A stretch of 63,089 nt of DNA, the filler included, from Candidatus Woesearchaeota archaeon (GTDB lineage: Archaea; Nanobdellota; Nanobdellia; Woesearchaeales; J072): the NCBI GenBank assembly GCA_003695265.1. It is 7 parts of 7 records of this genome, joined end to end, with 100 filler letters (N's around TTAATTAATTAA, not from the genome) between each part and the next. Parts side by side here need not be neighbours in the genome. Positions count along the whole stretch, not along the records: positions 30,146 to 44,212 come from RFII01000067.1; positions 44,313 to 48,795 come from RFII01000008.1; 5 more parts are not named here. One strand, written 5' to 3'. The notes below the pieces were generated by a model. The model worked only from the letters and a program-made list of their open reading frames with translations. It was not told where the DNA came from and did no database searches. The position numbers and the translations under genes are program-made. How positions within the stretch are numbered: the first letter of the stretch is position 1; every line of letters starts with the position of its first letter. Positions 38,194-48,358 of the stretch are shown here, one piece after another.

Positions 38194-38898
38194 ATGAGGA
38201 AAGCTCAAATATGGGTGTCACTAATAATCTATGTCCTTATAATAGTAAGTGTGATAGTAATTGTGCTTAAAGGAGGACTTCCATTAATAGAACAGATGCG
38301 AGACAAGATAATCTTTTCCAGGGCGAGAGACTCAATGGCCAACCTTGACGAGCAAATAAGGCTTGTTGCGAGTGAAGGCATCGGAAGCCAGCGCATAATC
38401 CCCTTCACAATCAGGGACGGCTCAGTATCAATTGATAATAACCGCATGAAATGGGAGATAGTAACAGAAAATGAAATAATAGAGTCCAAAACAAAAGTTG
38501 ACTTGGGCAACATAGTAATAACATCAAACTCAGAAGTATCTGCAAAGGAAGAAAACAACTTGTTCGTGCTTAAAAACTCGTATTTGGCAGTCAACATATC
38601 AAAGCTCGGCGGGCCTAACCCGAATGATTGGGTTGCATTAACAACCAACGATATTATTGACACGATAGGATACAACGGCAATGTGATCCAAGGCAGCAAC
38701 TTTAACTTTTCAATAAATGGGCTTGGAAGCTCAGGGAACGGTTTCACCCAGCTCTTGCACAGAGGAACTGACCTTGGATCTGCAACTGTTATAGCACATA
38801 TAAACAGCTCAGATGGGTTTGAGTATGACCTAGAGCTAACATTAGACAGCTTTGCTGATTACTTAACAGTTAAAGTAAAGAATTTCCAAGCAACATGA
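38194..38898 (+). CDS. Type IV pilin-like protein
   Basis: Class III signal MRKA|QIWVSLIIYVLI. Confidence 0.8.
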   Translation: MRKAQIWVSLIIYVLIIVSVIVIVLKGGLPLIEQMRDKIIFSRARDSMANLDEQIRLVASEGIGSQRIIPFTIRDGSVSIDNNRMKWEIVTENEIIESKTKVDLGNIVITSNSEVSAKEENNLFVLKNSYLAVNISKLGGPNPNDWVALTTNDIIDTIGYNGNVIQGSNFNFSINGLGSSGNGFTQLLHRGTDLGSATVIAHINSSDGFEYDLELTLDSFADYLTVKVKNFQAT

Positions 38899-40496
38899 AA
38901 CTAATAAACCCTTTCAAAAAAAAGCAGGAAACTGAATCAGAGCAGAAGAAAAACTATTCAGGATTTCACATTGATGCAAAGCCGCGATTAATAACCCTTC
39001 CAACGCTGAAAAACAGGAAAGAAATAAACATAAGGTATCCCCTACTCCCACCATTTGCTTTTGCCCACATATTCTGGGATGACAAGGAGAAAGAGCTTGT
39101 CTACTTTGTCGAAGAGCCGAAACTTGATGATAAAGAAAAGGAAATACTTGAGCTTATTTACAAGGCTTTGGAGGAAATGATCAACATCTCGTTTTTTGAG
39201 CACGCACAAACAACATTCCTTACAGAATATCTTGAGAAAAACGTCCAGGCCATTCTTAAGGAAGTCGGCATTGTCATATCAAAGGAATCCTACCTGAAAA
39301 TAATGTACTATGTTTACAGGAACTCAGTCGGCCTTAACCAGATAGAACCTTTAATGAATGATTATTACATAGAGGATATTGAGTGCAACGGCGTTGGCTT
39401 CCCAATTTACGTTGTTCACAGGAGGTTTGAAAACCTGCGTACAAACATAATCTTTAATGATTTTGAGGAAGCAACTGATTTTGTTGAGAAACTCGCCCAG
39501 AAAAGCGGCCGCTACATATCCTTCGCGAATCCATTGCTTGATGGAACTCTTCCTGACGGCAGCAGAGTCAATGCGACTTACTCTAAAGACATAACAACGC
39601 GTGGCCCCACATTCACTATAAGGAAATTCACGAAAAACCCTTTAACACCAACCCATTTGATAAGGTCGAACACTGCTTCTGCGCGCGTTTTTGCCTATCT
39701 TTGGCTTGCGATCGAGAATAAGCTTAACATTATGGTTATAGGCGAGACAGCGTCAGGAAAAACAACTTTGCTGAACGCAATAGCCGATTTCATACCTTTC
39801 GAGTCGAGGATATGCTCTATTGAGGACACGCGCGAATTAAACTTGGTTCACGAAAACTGGTTGCCTGCAGTCACGAGGGCTGGCTTTGGCATACCGAACA
39901 TTCTTGGAAAAAAATACGGAGGAATATCTCTTTTCGACCTTCTGAAAGAGACGTACAGGCAGAATCCTGATTACATAATAGTTGGAGAAGTGAGAGGTCC
40001 TGAAACCTCTGTTTTATTCCAGGGAATGGCTTCCGGCCATCCAAGCCTCGGAACTTTTCACGCGGGCTCTGTGGAAGCTCTTGTCAGGAGGCTGGAAACA
40101 CCGCCAATAAACCTTCCAAGGTCCCTTATATCCTCTTTGGACATTGTTGTAATGACAATTCATGCAAAGGAGCGAGATCGCAATATTAGACGTGTAAGAG
40201 AAGTCATCGAAGTTATTGAGGTCGGATCTGAGATAGGTAGTCTTAAGACAAACACAATGTTCAAATGGGATCAGCCAAACGACAGGTTTCTGGCGAATAA
40301 GTATTCAAAAGTATTTGAGAAGATATCAGAGCTGAGCGGCGTTGAGCTGAAAAAAATAAAGGAGGAATGGGAGTTAAGGACAAGGCTCCTTCAGAGGCTT
40401 GCGGACAGCAATATAGTCATGTTTGACGACCTCGCGAAGATAATAAAATTGTTTTATGAAAGCCCAGAAGCTGTGATAAAGCAGTTTAAGCTTTAA
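38895..40496 (+). CDS. Type II/IV secretion ATPase (archaeal pilus assembly ATPase)
   Basis: LPDGSRV, FTIRKF, GETASGKTT, IEDTREL, RQNPDYIIVGEVRG, GH...TFHA. Confidence 0.95.
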   Translation: MKLINPFKKKQETESEQKKNYSGFHIDAKPRLITLPTLKNRKEINIRYPLLPPFAFAHIFWDDKEKELVYFVEEPKLDDKEKEILELIYKALEEMINISFFEHAQTTFLTEYLEKNVQAILKEVGIVISKESYLKIMYYVYRNSVGLNQIEPLMNDYYIEDIECNGVGFPIYVVHRRFENLRTNIIFNDFEEATDFVEKLAQKSGRYISFANPLLDGTLPDGSRVNATYSKDITTRGPTFTIRKFTKNPLTPTHLIRSNTASARVFAYLWLAIENKLNIMVIGETASGKTTLLNAIADFIPFESRICSIEDTRELNLVHENWLPAVTRAGFGIPNILGKKYGGISLFDLLKETYRQNPDYIIVGEVRGPETSVLFQGMASGHPSLGTFHAGSVEALVRRLETPPINLPRSLISSLDIVVMTIHAKERDRNIRRVREVIEVIEVGSEIGSLKTNTMFKWDQPNDRFLANKYSKVFEKISELSGVELKKIKEEWELRTRLLQRLADSNIVMFDDLAKIIKLFYESPEAVIKQFKL

Positions 40497-40498
40497 AA

Positions 40499-40699
40499 AT
40501 GGAAGCAGAAGCATTAGAACAAGACGTGAAGAAAATGCTTGCGATAGCAGAGCTTTACGATGAGATAAGCTCTAAGGCTCCAGGGTCAACCGTTGGTCTT
40601 AAGAACAAGCAGTTTAAGCTGCGCCTAACAAAAGAGGAAATGCTTGAAGTGATCAAGGACATAAATGAGTCTATTAGAAAAATAAGAGAAAATGTATAA
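40499..40699 (+). CDS. Small hypothetical protein within the pilus operon
   Basis: 66-aa ORF tightly packed between the ATPase and platform genes. Confidence 0.6.
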   Translation: MEAEALEQDVKKMLAIAELYDEISSKAPGSTVGLKNKQFKLRLTKEEMLEVIKDINESIRKIRENV

Positions 40700-42413
40700 G
40701 GAAATTTACCCCTTGGCAGCTAGGACTCTTAAGCTTATTGAAGAGCTTAAGGAGAAACAGCAGCAAAAAAATGATTTTTTGTCAGGGCTTGAGCGCATAG
40801 ACAACGAATACAGCCAAGGCCGCTTAACTTTTAAGGATTACCAGAAAAAAATAAGCGAGTTTCTCAACGGCAGAACTAAAGAGCAAGTATTAGCTCAATT
40901 CAAGAGGGAAATACTTCTTATGCTGAGAAAGATTGAAATGCTTAATTCCCAGCTTTACGCCACTATCCTAACAGAGAAAACGCACATTGACATTTCGCTT
41001 TTGAAGGAGGAAGAAGAATTATTCAAAAAAACAGATGAGGAATTTGAGAAAACCTTAAAGGAAATAGAAAAACCATTTCAGCCTGTTTTTGGCAGAGAAA
41101 TAGCGGAGCCTCAAGAGGAAGCATTTGCCAAAGGTGAAATGTCAGCTCAGCAAATTGCTGAGAAAGCACAGAAAATCGCTGCAGAGCACAGGAAAGAGCT
41201 TCAATCAGTAGTGAAAGAGCAGCTCGAAGACCTTGACAAGCCAACAGAAAAACATGAACCCCTATTTAAGAAAGACAAGTTAAAAGACATCCTTCCTAAA
41301 GGCGCGGCTTCTAAAGACGAGGGATTATTGACCGAGACGCAGCTCATAAAAAAACATGATGATAAGGAAGTGCACTCCGGCTTTAAGGCAGAAACAATTG
41401 AGGTTGGGAAAGAAAAAAAGAAAACACCTCTCCCTGAAGAATTTAAGAGGGATCTCATAGGCCCAACGAGGAGAAAACAAGTAAAGGTTTTTGCTCAGGA
41501 GTCAAAGGCTTTGGCGAGCATTTACAAGCCATCTTTTTTCGGGTCGCTCGCAAATATTTTGATGAGGCCTATAAGCAATTATTTGGAGAGAAAACTCCCC
41601 CAATTCTACAATTACATGCGCGTGCAGATAGGAATGGCAAACATGAAAGTCCTTACAACCACGTATGTGAATGAGATGATCCTTACATCAGCGCTCGTGT
41701 TCATAATCAGTATGATGCTATCATTCGGAATCTTCGCAATATTTGGCGGCAGCATAACAGGCGTTTTTCTTAAATCATTCTTCACATCACTGTTTTTGTC
41801 AGGAGCAACTTTCGCGTCATTCGTTTATTATCCTCAAACAATTATAGGGAGCCGAAGAAAAAGCATAGTGGCAAATCTTCCTTTTGCATTAAACCATATG
41901 TCAGCAATATCAACTGCTGGAGTCCCTCCATTAAGAATGTTCCAGCTCATCGCCAATTCTAAAGATTACGGCGAAGTTTCAAACGAAATAGAGAAAATCT
42001 CTCTATACACTAATATTTTTGGTTATGACATGATAACTGCAATACAAGTCGTGCTAGAGAAAACGCCGTCACCTCAACTGAAAACAATCTTTGCAGGATT
42101 CGTCTCAACCATTGAGACTGGAGGAGACTTAAACAAGTTCTTGAAGCAAAAGGCAGAAGAAGCAGCTTTAGCATACAGGCTTGAAAGGCAGAAATACTTA
42201 GACACAATATCCACCTATTCAGACATCTACACAGGAGTCCTTATTGCAGGGCCGCTGTTCTTCATTATAGCACTGTCGCTAATAAACGTTATAGGAGGGA
42301 AAGTTGGGGGAATTACTATTGATATGCTTATGGGGATAGGAACATATTTTCTTATTCCCATACTTAATATATTTTTCATACTCTTCCTCAACTTCACGCA
42401 GCCAGAACTATGA
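40692..42413 (+). CDS. Type II secretion F / TadC-like platform protein with long charged N-terminal extension
   Basis: NLPFALNHM...GV.P, YGEVS.E, TPS, GGDL..FL; TM helices in the C-terminal half. Confidence 0.88.
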   Translation: MYKEIYPLAARTLKLIEELKEKQQQKNDFLSGLERIDNEYSQGRLTFKDYQKKISEFLNGRTKEQVLAQFKREILLMLRKIEMLNSQLYATILTEKTHIDISLLKEEEELFKKTDEEFEKTLKEIEKPFQPVFGREIAEPQEEAFAKGEMSAQQIAEKAQKIAAEHRKELQSVVKEQLEDLDKPTEKHEPLFKKDKLKDILPKGAASKDEGLLTETQLIKKHDDKEVHSGFKAETIEVGKEKKKTPLPEEFKRDLIGPTRRKQVKVFAQESKALASIYKPSFFGSLANILMRPISNYLERKLPQFYNYMRVQIGMANMKVLTTTYVNEMILTSALVFIISMMLSFGIFAIFGGSITGVFLKSFFTSLFLSGATFASFVYYPQTIIGSRRKSIVANLPFALNHMSAISTAGVPPLRMFQLIANSKDYGEVSNEIEKISLYTNIFGYDMITAIQVVLEKTPSPQLKTIFAGFVSTIETGGDLNKFLKQKAEEAALAYRLERQKYLDTISTYSDIYTGVLIAGPLFFIIALSLINVIGGKVGGITIDMLMGIGTYFLIPILNIFFILFLNFTQPEL

Positions 42414-43318
42414 GATTCAACAAAAACTACCTATATGGAATAGCACTCTCATTAGTGCTTCTTATACTTAATATAATGTACCTGCGCGAAACGCGCTTCT
42501 TCATAGCAGGCGTTGTTATTTGCGTTCTAATTGGGTTCTTGCAGCCGGGAATAGACTTCTTAGTGAGGGAAAGGCAGGAGAAAGAAGTTGAGACCATGTT
42601 TATGGCATTTGTCAGGAACCTTGTTTCAGCTGTGAAGTCAGGCATGCCAGTGTCAAAAGCCATGATTAATGTTGCGAAAAACAATTATGGACCTCTTGAT
42701 GGGGCTGTAAAAAAGCTTGCCAGGCAGCTTGAATGGTCTATTCCAATGCACAGAGCCTTGATGAACTTCGCAAAAGAAACAAAGAGTGGTGTTATAAAGA
42801 GGGCGATGGCAACAGTTATTGAGGCAGAAGAGTCAGGTGGGAACTTAGAGGATGTTCTTGAAACAATAACAACATCACTTCTCACAATAAAAACAATAAG
42901 GAAGACTAGGGAGGCCTCTGTTCACACGCAAATAATGCAGAGCTATATCATTTTTTTCGTTTTCTTAGGTGTCATGATTGTCATACAAAATTTTCTCATG
43001 CCTTTCTTGATGGGAGGAACACTTGCTGAGACAGGAATTGGCGAGGCTGCGGGCTTGTCTTTTCTTGGCTCAGGAGGAGGCTCAAGTTTGGTAGTGTCAG
43101 TAGACATTGACACTTCATCTCCTGGAGCATTCGTTTACACGCTGCTGAAATGGTTTGTGAGCATGAACGGGGTTTTCTTAATGCTTGTCGTAATTCAGGG
43201 GTTCTTCGCAGGCATAGTTGTGGGAAAGCTTGCTTATGGTGAGATGAAAAAGGGGGTAAAGCACTCAGTAATCCTTATGGTAATAGCTTTTGTCGTTATT
43301 ACAATAGCGCAAGGGTAA
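42410..43318 (+). CDS. Type II secretion F / TadC-like platform protein
   Basis: FVRNL..AVKSGM, YGPL, ESGGNLEDVL, QGFFAGIVVGKL. Confidence 0.9.
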   Translation: MRFNKNYLYGIALSLVLLILNIMYLRETRFFIAGVVICVLIGFLQPGIDFLVRERQEKEVETMFMAFVRNLVSAVKSGMPVSKAMINVAKNNYGPLDGAVKKLARQLEWSIPMHRALMNFAKETKSGVIKRAMATVIEAEESGGNLEDVLETITTSLLTIKTIRKTREASVHTQIMQSYIIFFVFLGVMIVIQNFLMPFLMGGTLAETGIGEAAGLSFLGSGGGSSLVVSVDIDTSSPGAFVYTLLKWFVSMNGVFLMLVVIQGFFAGIVVGKLAYGEMKKGVKHSVILMVIAFVVITIAQG

Positions 43319-43327
43319 CGCGACAAA

Positions 43328-44104
43328 ATGGAAATAACTCTTGACCTTAACAAATCTATTGAGGAAAACGCTTCTTCTTACTTTGAAAAGGCGAAGAAAG
43401 CAAAGAAAAAGCTTTTGGGCGCGCAAGAGGCTGCTGAGCAGACAAGAAAAAGAATTGAGCAGCTTGAAAGGAAAAAAGAGAAAGAGCTCGCAGCAATAAA
43501 AAAAGAATCTGTGAGAAAGCGCGAGAAGAAATGGTATGAGAAGTTCAGATGGTTCCACAGCTCAGAAGGTTTTCTCGTTATCGGCGGCAGAGACGCAACA
43601 ACCAATGAGATCATTATAAAAAAGCACACTAATGATGATGACATTGTTTTTCACACAGACATGGCAGGCAGCCCTTTCTTTGTCGTGAAAACAGTGGGGA
43701 AGAAAGTTGGGGAAGCAACTTTAAAAGAGGCTGCGCAGGCAACAGCTTCTTACTCAAGGGCTTGGAAGCTCGGCTTAGGGACAAGCGACGTTTTTTATGT
43801 TAAGCCAAGCCAAGTAACAAAAGAGGCAAAAGCAGGCGAATTCATGCCGAAAGGCGCTTTTATGATAAAAGGCAAAACAACTTATATTCGTCCTGAGATA
43901 AAGCTTGCCATAGGCGAAAAAAACGGCGAAATAATCGGCGGGCCAGTTGATTCCATAAAAAAGCAGACAAAGAATTTTGTTGTTATTGTTCAAGGCGCTA
44001 AAAAACCAAGCGAGGTCGCAAAGAAAATCCGCGCAAAGCTCGGCGGAGACATTGACGAGATAATAAGGATGCTTCCTGCCGGCGGGTGCGAGATTGAGAA
44101 ATAA
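43328..44104 (+). CDS. Rqc2/NFACT family protein, C-terminal part only
   Basis: KWYEKFRWF, GGRDATTNE, FHTDMAGSP, YSRAWK, GAFMIKG; NFACT-N/HhH domains absent. Confidence 0.85.
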   Translation: MEITLDLNKSIEENASSYFEKAKKAKKKLLGAQEAAEQTRKRIEQLERKKEKELAAIKKESVRKREKKWYEKFRWFHSSEGFLVIGGRDATTNEIIIKKHTNDDDIVFHTDMAGSPFFVVKTVGKKVGEATLKEAAQATASYSRAWKLGLGTSDVFYVKPSQVTKEAKAGEFMPKGAFMIKGKTTYIRPEIKLAIGEKNGEIIGGPVDSIKKQTKNFVVIVQGAKKPSEVAKKIRAKLGGDIDEIIRMLPAGGCEIEK

Positions 44105-44395
44105 ACATTTCATTACTTAATAATAATTACAATAATTAAATTTTTAAATATTAAATTATTTTTTTCAGATTTTCTTATATTGGTTCGGACATTAGAAATA
44201 AATTTATTCTTANNNNNNNNNNNNNNNNNNNNNNNNNNNNNNNNNNNNNNNNNNNNTTAATTAATTAANNNNNNNNNNNNNNNNNNNNNNNNNNNNNNNN
44301 NNNNNNNNNNNNAATCCTTGGTAATGGTTGGTATCATAAATTATACTTGAAGAAAAGCATAAAAAAGGTTACTGCTTAGCATATCTTGGTGTGTT

Positions 44396-45463
44396 ATGAA
44401 AAAGGTATTTGTTCTCATTTTGTTAACATCAATGCTCGTCGGTGGTTGCATGCCTGCAGAAAAAAATGAGGAACCTGTTGATTTAAGCAAATACAAGGTT
44501 GCCACTTTTGCAGGAGGTTGCTTTTGGTGCATGGAATCAGCATTTGAGGAAGTAGAAGGAGTAAAAGAAGTGATTTCTGGCTACACAGGAGGAACAGAAG
44601 AAAACCCAACTTACAAAGAGGTCTCATCAGGAAAAACAGGGCACATGGAAGCAGTCCAAGTTTATTATGATCCTAATGAGGTATCCTACAAAGAGCTTCT
44701 TGATTATTTTTGGAGGCAGATAAACCCAACAGACTCGGGAGGACAGTTCGTTGACCGCGGCCCACAGTACAGAACAGCCATTTTTTATCATGATGACGAG
44801 CAAAAAAGGCTTGCTGAGGAGTCAAAAGAAGAGCTTGAGAAATCAGGAAGGTATGACAAGCCCATAGTTACGCAAATAAGGAAAATCACAAAATTTTATA
44901 AAGCAGAAGAATACCACCAAGATTATTACAAGAAGAACGTCTTAAAATACAAGCTGTACAGAGCTGCTTCTGGAAGGGATTTGTACTTAAAAAAAGTGTG
45001 GAAAAATAATAATTTAAAGAAGCCGAACGATGAAGAGCTTAGAAAAAAGCTGACAGAAATCCAGTATAAAGTAACGCAAAAAGGGGCAACAGAGAAACCT
45101 TTTAAAAATGAGTACTGGAATAACAAGAAAGAAGGAATATATGTTGACGTTGTTTCAGGAGAGCCCTTGTTCAGCTCATTAGACAAGTACGACTCAGGAA
45201 CAGGATGGCCGAGCTTCACAAAGCCCCTTGAGCCAAGCAACATTGTTGAAAGAGAAGACCGCAAACTCCTCGTAAAAAGGACAGAAGTAAGAAGCAAGCA
45301 CGCTGACTCTCATTTAGGCCATGTCTTTAATGACGGTCCTGAACCAACAGGTTTGAGGTACTGCATAAATTCCGCTGCTTTAAGATTCATACCAAAGGAA
45401 GACTTGGAAAAGGAAGGTTACGGCCAGTACATGAAACTGTTTGAGCAGGAAAAGGCAAACTAA
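44396..45463 (+). CDS. msrAB: Bifunctional methionine sulfoxide reductase MsrA/MsrB with lipoprotein-like signal
   Basis: [37 protein letters not shown]-terminal LVGGC. Confidence 0.95.
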   Translation: MKKVFVLILLTSMLVGGCMPAEKNEEPVDLSKYKVATFAGGCFWCMESAFEEVEGVKEVISGYTGGTEENPTYKEVSSGKTGHMEAVQVYYDPNEVSYKELLDYFWRQINPTDSGGQFVDRGPQYRTAIFYHDDEQKRLAEESKEELEKSGRYDKPIVTQIRKITKFYKAEEYHQDYYKKNVLKYKLYRAASGRDLYLKKVWKNNNLKKPNDEELRKKLTEIQYKVTQKGATEKPFKNEYWNNKKEGIYVDVVSGEPLFSSLDKYDSGTGWPSFTKPLEPSNIVEREDRKLLVKRTEVRSKHADSHLGHVFNDGPEPTGLRYCINSAALRFIPKEDLEKEGYGQYMKLFEQEKAN

Positions 45464-45492
45464 TGCTTAGTATTGTTCTAAAAACAAAGAGA

Positions 45493-45600
45493 CTAAGTCA
45501 ATTTTGTTGTGTTTGGAATTTGCTGCATTAAAAAATTACAAAATTTTTTAGTCCCGCCCGCACCACCCAAAATACAAAAAATTATCACAATTAAGCTGAC
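45493..45600 (+). repeat. Dispersed intergenic element, copy E
   Basis: TAAGTCAATTTTGTTGTGTTTGG...TTTTTTAGTCCCGCCCGCACCACC...ATTAAGCTGAC. Confidence 0.85.
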
Positions 45601-45651
45601 TGTGCTAAACTGGGAAAAGTTTTATAAAAGGCAAAGCAAACAATTAATTTT

Positions 45652-46308
45652 ATGATAAGAGTGTGCTTAATAGGTCCGGGCGATGCTGAATGGCATTTTC
45701 ACAAGCTTCTTGGAATGACTAATGATGAGTTAAATGAACAAATAATGGGAATAGCAGGTGTTCTGGCAAAAAACGCAGAAATAGTTCTCTTACCTGATAG
45801 AGGAATTTGTTTTGAAATTGCAAAGATGTATAAAAAGTTGGGCGGAAGAAAAGTATTAGGCACAGTTCCCTTGTCTGACAAGGATTTTGGGATAAAGCAC
45901 TTAAAGAATTATATGGAAGCTGAGGTTAGCAGAAAAAAGGTTTTTGACGAATTCATTGACACTGACAATTGGTACAAGCAGGACTTAACACACTGCCTTT
46001 TTGGTGATGTTGTGTTAATGCTCGGCAATAGTTTAGGATCAATAGGAGAATTAGCTTATGGATTCTACTTATACAAATTATTTGTTGGAAAAAAGCCTGA
46101 GGTAAAGGCAAGAATGAAAGCAATACACCCAGAGGCAAGAGCTGGAAGAAAAATCCCTTATTCTGTTATTGTATACAAACCTTTTGTTAAGGGAAGCCTG
46201 AGCCTTGAGGTTGAGGAATACGTAAAGAGAATTGGTGGAAAAATATTTTATGTGAGCAGCGCGAAAGAGCTTGAGGAAGTAATCAAAGAACTAAGAAAAG
46301 CGAAGTAA
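45652..46308 (+). CDS. Hypothetical protein (possible Rossmann-like fold)
   Basis: 218-aa ORF with its own BRE/TATA; VCLIGPG and GNSLGSIGEL. Confidence 0.6.
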   Translation: MIRVCLIGPGDAEWHFHKLLGMTNDELNEQIMGIAGVLAKNAEIVLLPDRGICFEIAKMYKKLGGRKVLGTVPLSDKDFGIKHLKNYMEAEVSRKKVFDEFIDTDNWYKQDLTHCLFGDVVLMLGNSLGSIGELAYGFYLYKLFVGKKPEVKARMKAIHPEARAGRKIPYSVIVYKPFVKGSLSLEVEEYVKRIGGKIFYVSSAKELEEVIKELRKAK

Positions 46309-46330
46309 AAAAATATTATTTTTTTCTAGC

Positions 46331-47251
46331 TTATTTTTTTCTAGCCAAGTACCTTGCCGCTTTTATGAGAGCCATGCATCCCTGGCCTGCTGCTATGACA
46401 TACTGGTACTCGTGGCCTGATGCGCAGTCGCCTGCCGCGAAAATTCCAGGAACGCTTGTGTTTCCCTGGCAGTCAATAAGGATGTGGTTATGCTGGTCAA
46501 GCTTCACAAGGTCCTTGAATATTTCTGTGTTTGGTATCCTACCTATTTCTATTATGACACCATTAACATTAATCTCTTTTTCTTTGCCATTCTGCTCGTA
46601 TTTCAAGCCTGTGACAAAAACATCTCCAAGAATTTCTTTAGTGCTTGCATTGAAAAGTACTTCAACTTTAGGGTTTTTTTTCACGCGCTCCTGCAGGTAC
46701 TCGTGTCCTGTGAACGAATCATTCCTCACAAGCATGTAGATCTTTGCAACAATGTCCTTTAAAAAATCAACTGCTTCCAATGCCGCGTCTCCGCCGCCTA
46801 TAACAGCAACGTCTTTTCCCGCGAACAAAGGCCCGTCGCATATAGAGCAATAAGTGACGCCTTTCTTCGCAAACTCGTCTTCTCCTGGCACTCCGAGCTT
46901 TCTTGCGCGAGCTCCAGTAGCGATGATAACAGTTTTTGTGTTGTACTCTGCCTTGTTGCTTATAACCTTAAAGTTACCCCCCATTCTTTTAACCTCTTTC
47001 ACAGTTTCTGTTTTAACATTTACGTTGTTGAATTCCATCTGTTTTTTGAGGATCTGGCTGAACTCCACGCCTGTTGTTTTTATGATTCCTGGGTAATTCA
47101 GGACTTCGCCGCTAACCATGAACTGGCCTCCGAATTCCGTGGCAAGAACCTCAAACCGCATCTTTTTTCTGGATGCGTAAATAGCTGCTGTGAGCCCGGC
47201 AATTCCAGCGCCTATAATAATAGTGTCATACATTTCAGATGTTTCAGACAT
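46331..47251 (-). CDS. trxB: Thioredoxin reductase
   Basis: GAGIAG, CSICDG, GGGDAA, GIFAAGD. Confidence 0.9.
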   Translation of the reverse strand: MSETSEMYDTIIIGAGIAGLTAAIYASRKKMRFEVLATEFGGQFMVSGEVLNYPGIIKTTGVEFSQILKKQMEFNNVNVKTETVKEVKRMGGNFKVISNKAEYNTKTVIIATGARARKLGVPGEDEFAKKGVTYCSICDGPLFAGKDVAVIGGGDAALEAVDFLKDIVAKIYMLVRNDSFTGHEYLQERVKKNPKVEVLFNASTKEILGDVFVTGLKYEQNGKEKEINVNGVIIEIGRIPNTEIFKDLVKLDQHNHILIDCQGNTSVPGIFAAGDCASGHEYQYVIAAGQGCMALIKAARYLARKK

Positions 47252-47318
47252 GACAAACCACCTTTCTTATTAAAAAAACAAAAAGCCATTTTTAAATATT
47301 GCTAAAAAACATTGGTTT

Positions 47319-48314
47319 TTAGATTCCCTTATACCCTTTTAAAGTCTCAAGGAAATGCTGCGATTGATACGTTCTTCTCGGCCCTACGATTCTTTTTCCC
47401 TGCAGGCTTGAAACAATATGCTGCCCAAGGGGGTTCTCAACAGGGTCAACAAGCGGCTTTCCTATTATTAAATCATTACCATCACAAAGAGCGTCCTCAA
47501 TATTGTTTTCAAGGCGTATTACCTCATTAAGAACGCCTGTTCTTTTTATGCCAATGCCAAATCCGTCAATACTGAACCCAGTGAAGTTCCCGCCGTAAGC
47601 AAGGTTGATTTCAACATTAACATGCCTTCCATTAACAAGGTAACCTAAATTTATATGTGCTGTTTCCCCTTTGTCATTCACGTCAGCATTTAGAAGCTTG
47701 TAGTCCTCTGGAATTAAAGACCAAGGATGCAAAACAAGGTTGTCAATGACGTCTGGCCTGCCTGTTCCCCGGCAAACCCAGTAAAACACTATTTTTTTTG
47801 CGTTTTGAAACCTATCTGCAAGTTCAGGGTTTTCCATAATCTTCTGAGAAACAACAGCCATTGGAAGCTCAAGACTGAAAGGGACTGTTTTGTCTAACTC
47901 AGGATTAGACCTCCACTCTTTTATTTGGTGAAGGCTTGATCCGTCACCAGTTGCGTTTGATAAAGGCTTTTCGCAAAGAACAATTCCATAGTTCAAAGCA
48001 TCAAATGAATATGGTAAGTGAATAGAGTCTCCTTCGGCAGAGTCTTTTGCTGTGACAGCAGTAAATTCTGGCCTTAAGTGAGACAAAAGGTCAGCTAAAT
48101 CAGCTCTGTTTCTGACAAGATTGTAGTGTATTGGAAAGCCCGTTGCTTCGCTTAGTTCAGCAGCGGTCTTTGCAGCAGCTTCTGCGGTTGTCCTTGTAAT
48201 AGTAATGCTTTCAATCGCGAATACTTCTTCTTTAGCCAACCCTGAGAGAATTCTTGCATAATTCTTTCCGAATCTGCCACAACCAACGATTAATGCTTGG
48301 ATGCCTTCTACCAT
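47319..48314 (-). CDS. Gfo/Idh/MocA-like NAD-binding oxidoreductase
   Basis: IVGCGRFG and VLCEKP. Confidence 0.65.
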   Translation of the reverse strand: MVEGIQALIVGCGRFGKNYARILSGLAKEEVFAIESITITRTTAEAAAKTAAELSEATGFPIHYNLVRNRADLADLLSHLRPEFTAVTAKDSAEGDSIHLPYSFDALNYGIVLCEKPLSNATGDGSSLHQIKEWRSNPELDKTVPFSLELPMAVVSQKIMENPELADRFQNAKKIVFYWVCRGTGRPDVIDNLVLHPWSLIPEDYKLLNADVNDKGETAHINLGYLVNGRHVNVEINLAYGGNFTGFSIDGFGIGIKRTGVLNEVIRLENNIEDALCDGNDLIIGKPLVDPVENPLGQHIVSSLQGKRIVGPRRTYQSQHFLETLKGYKGI

Positions 48315-48358
48315 TGCAAATAGGGAAGAATAATTGTATTTAAGAGTTTTGCAAAAAT

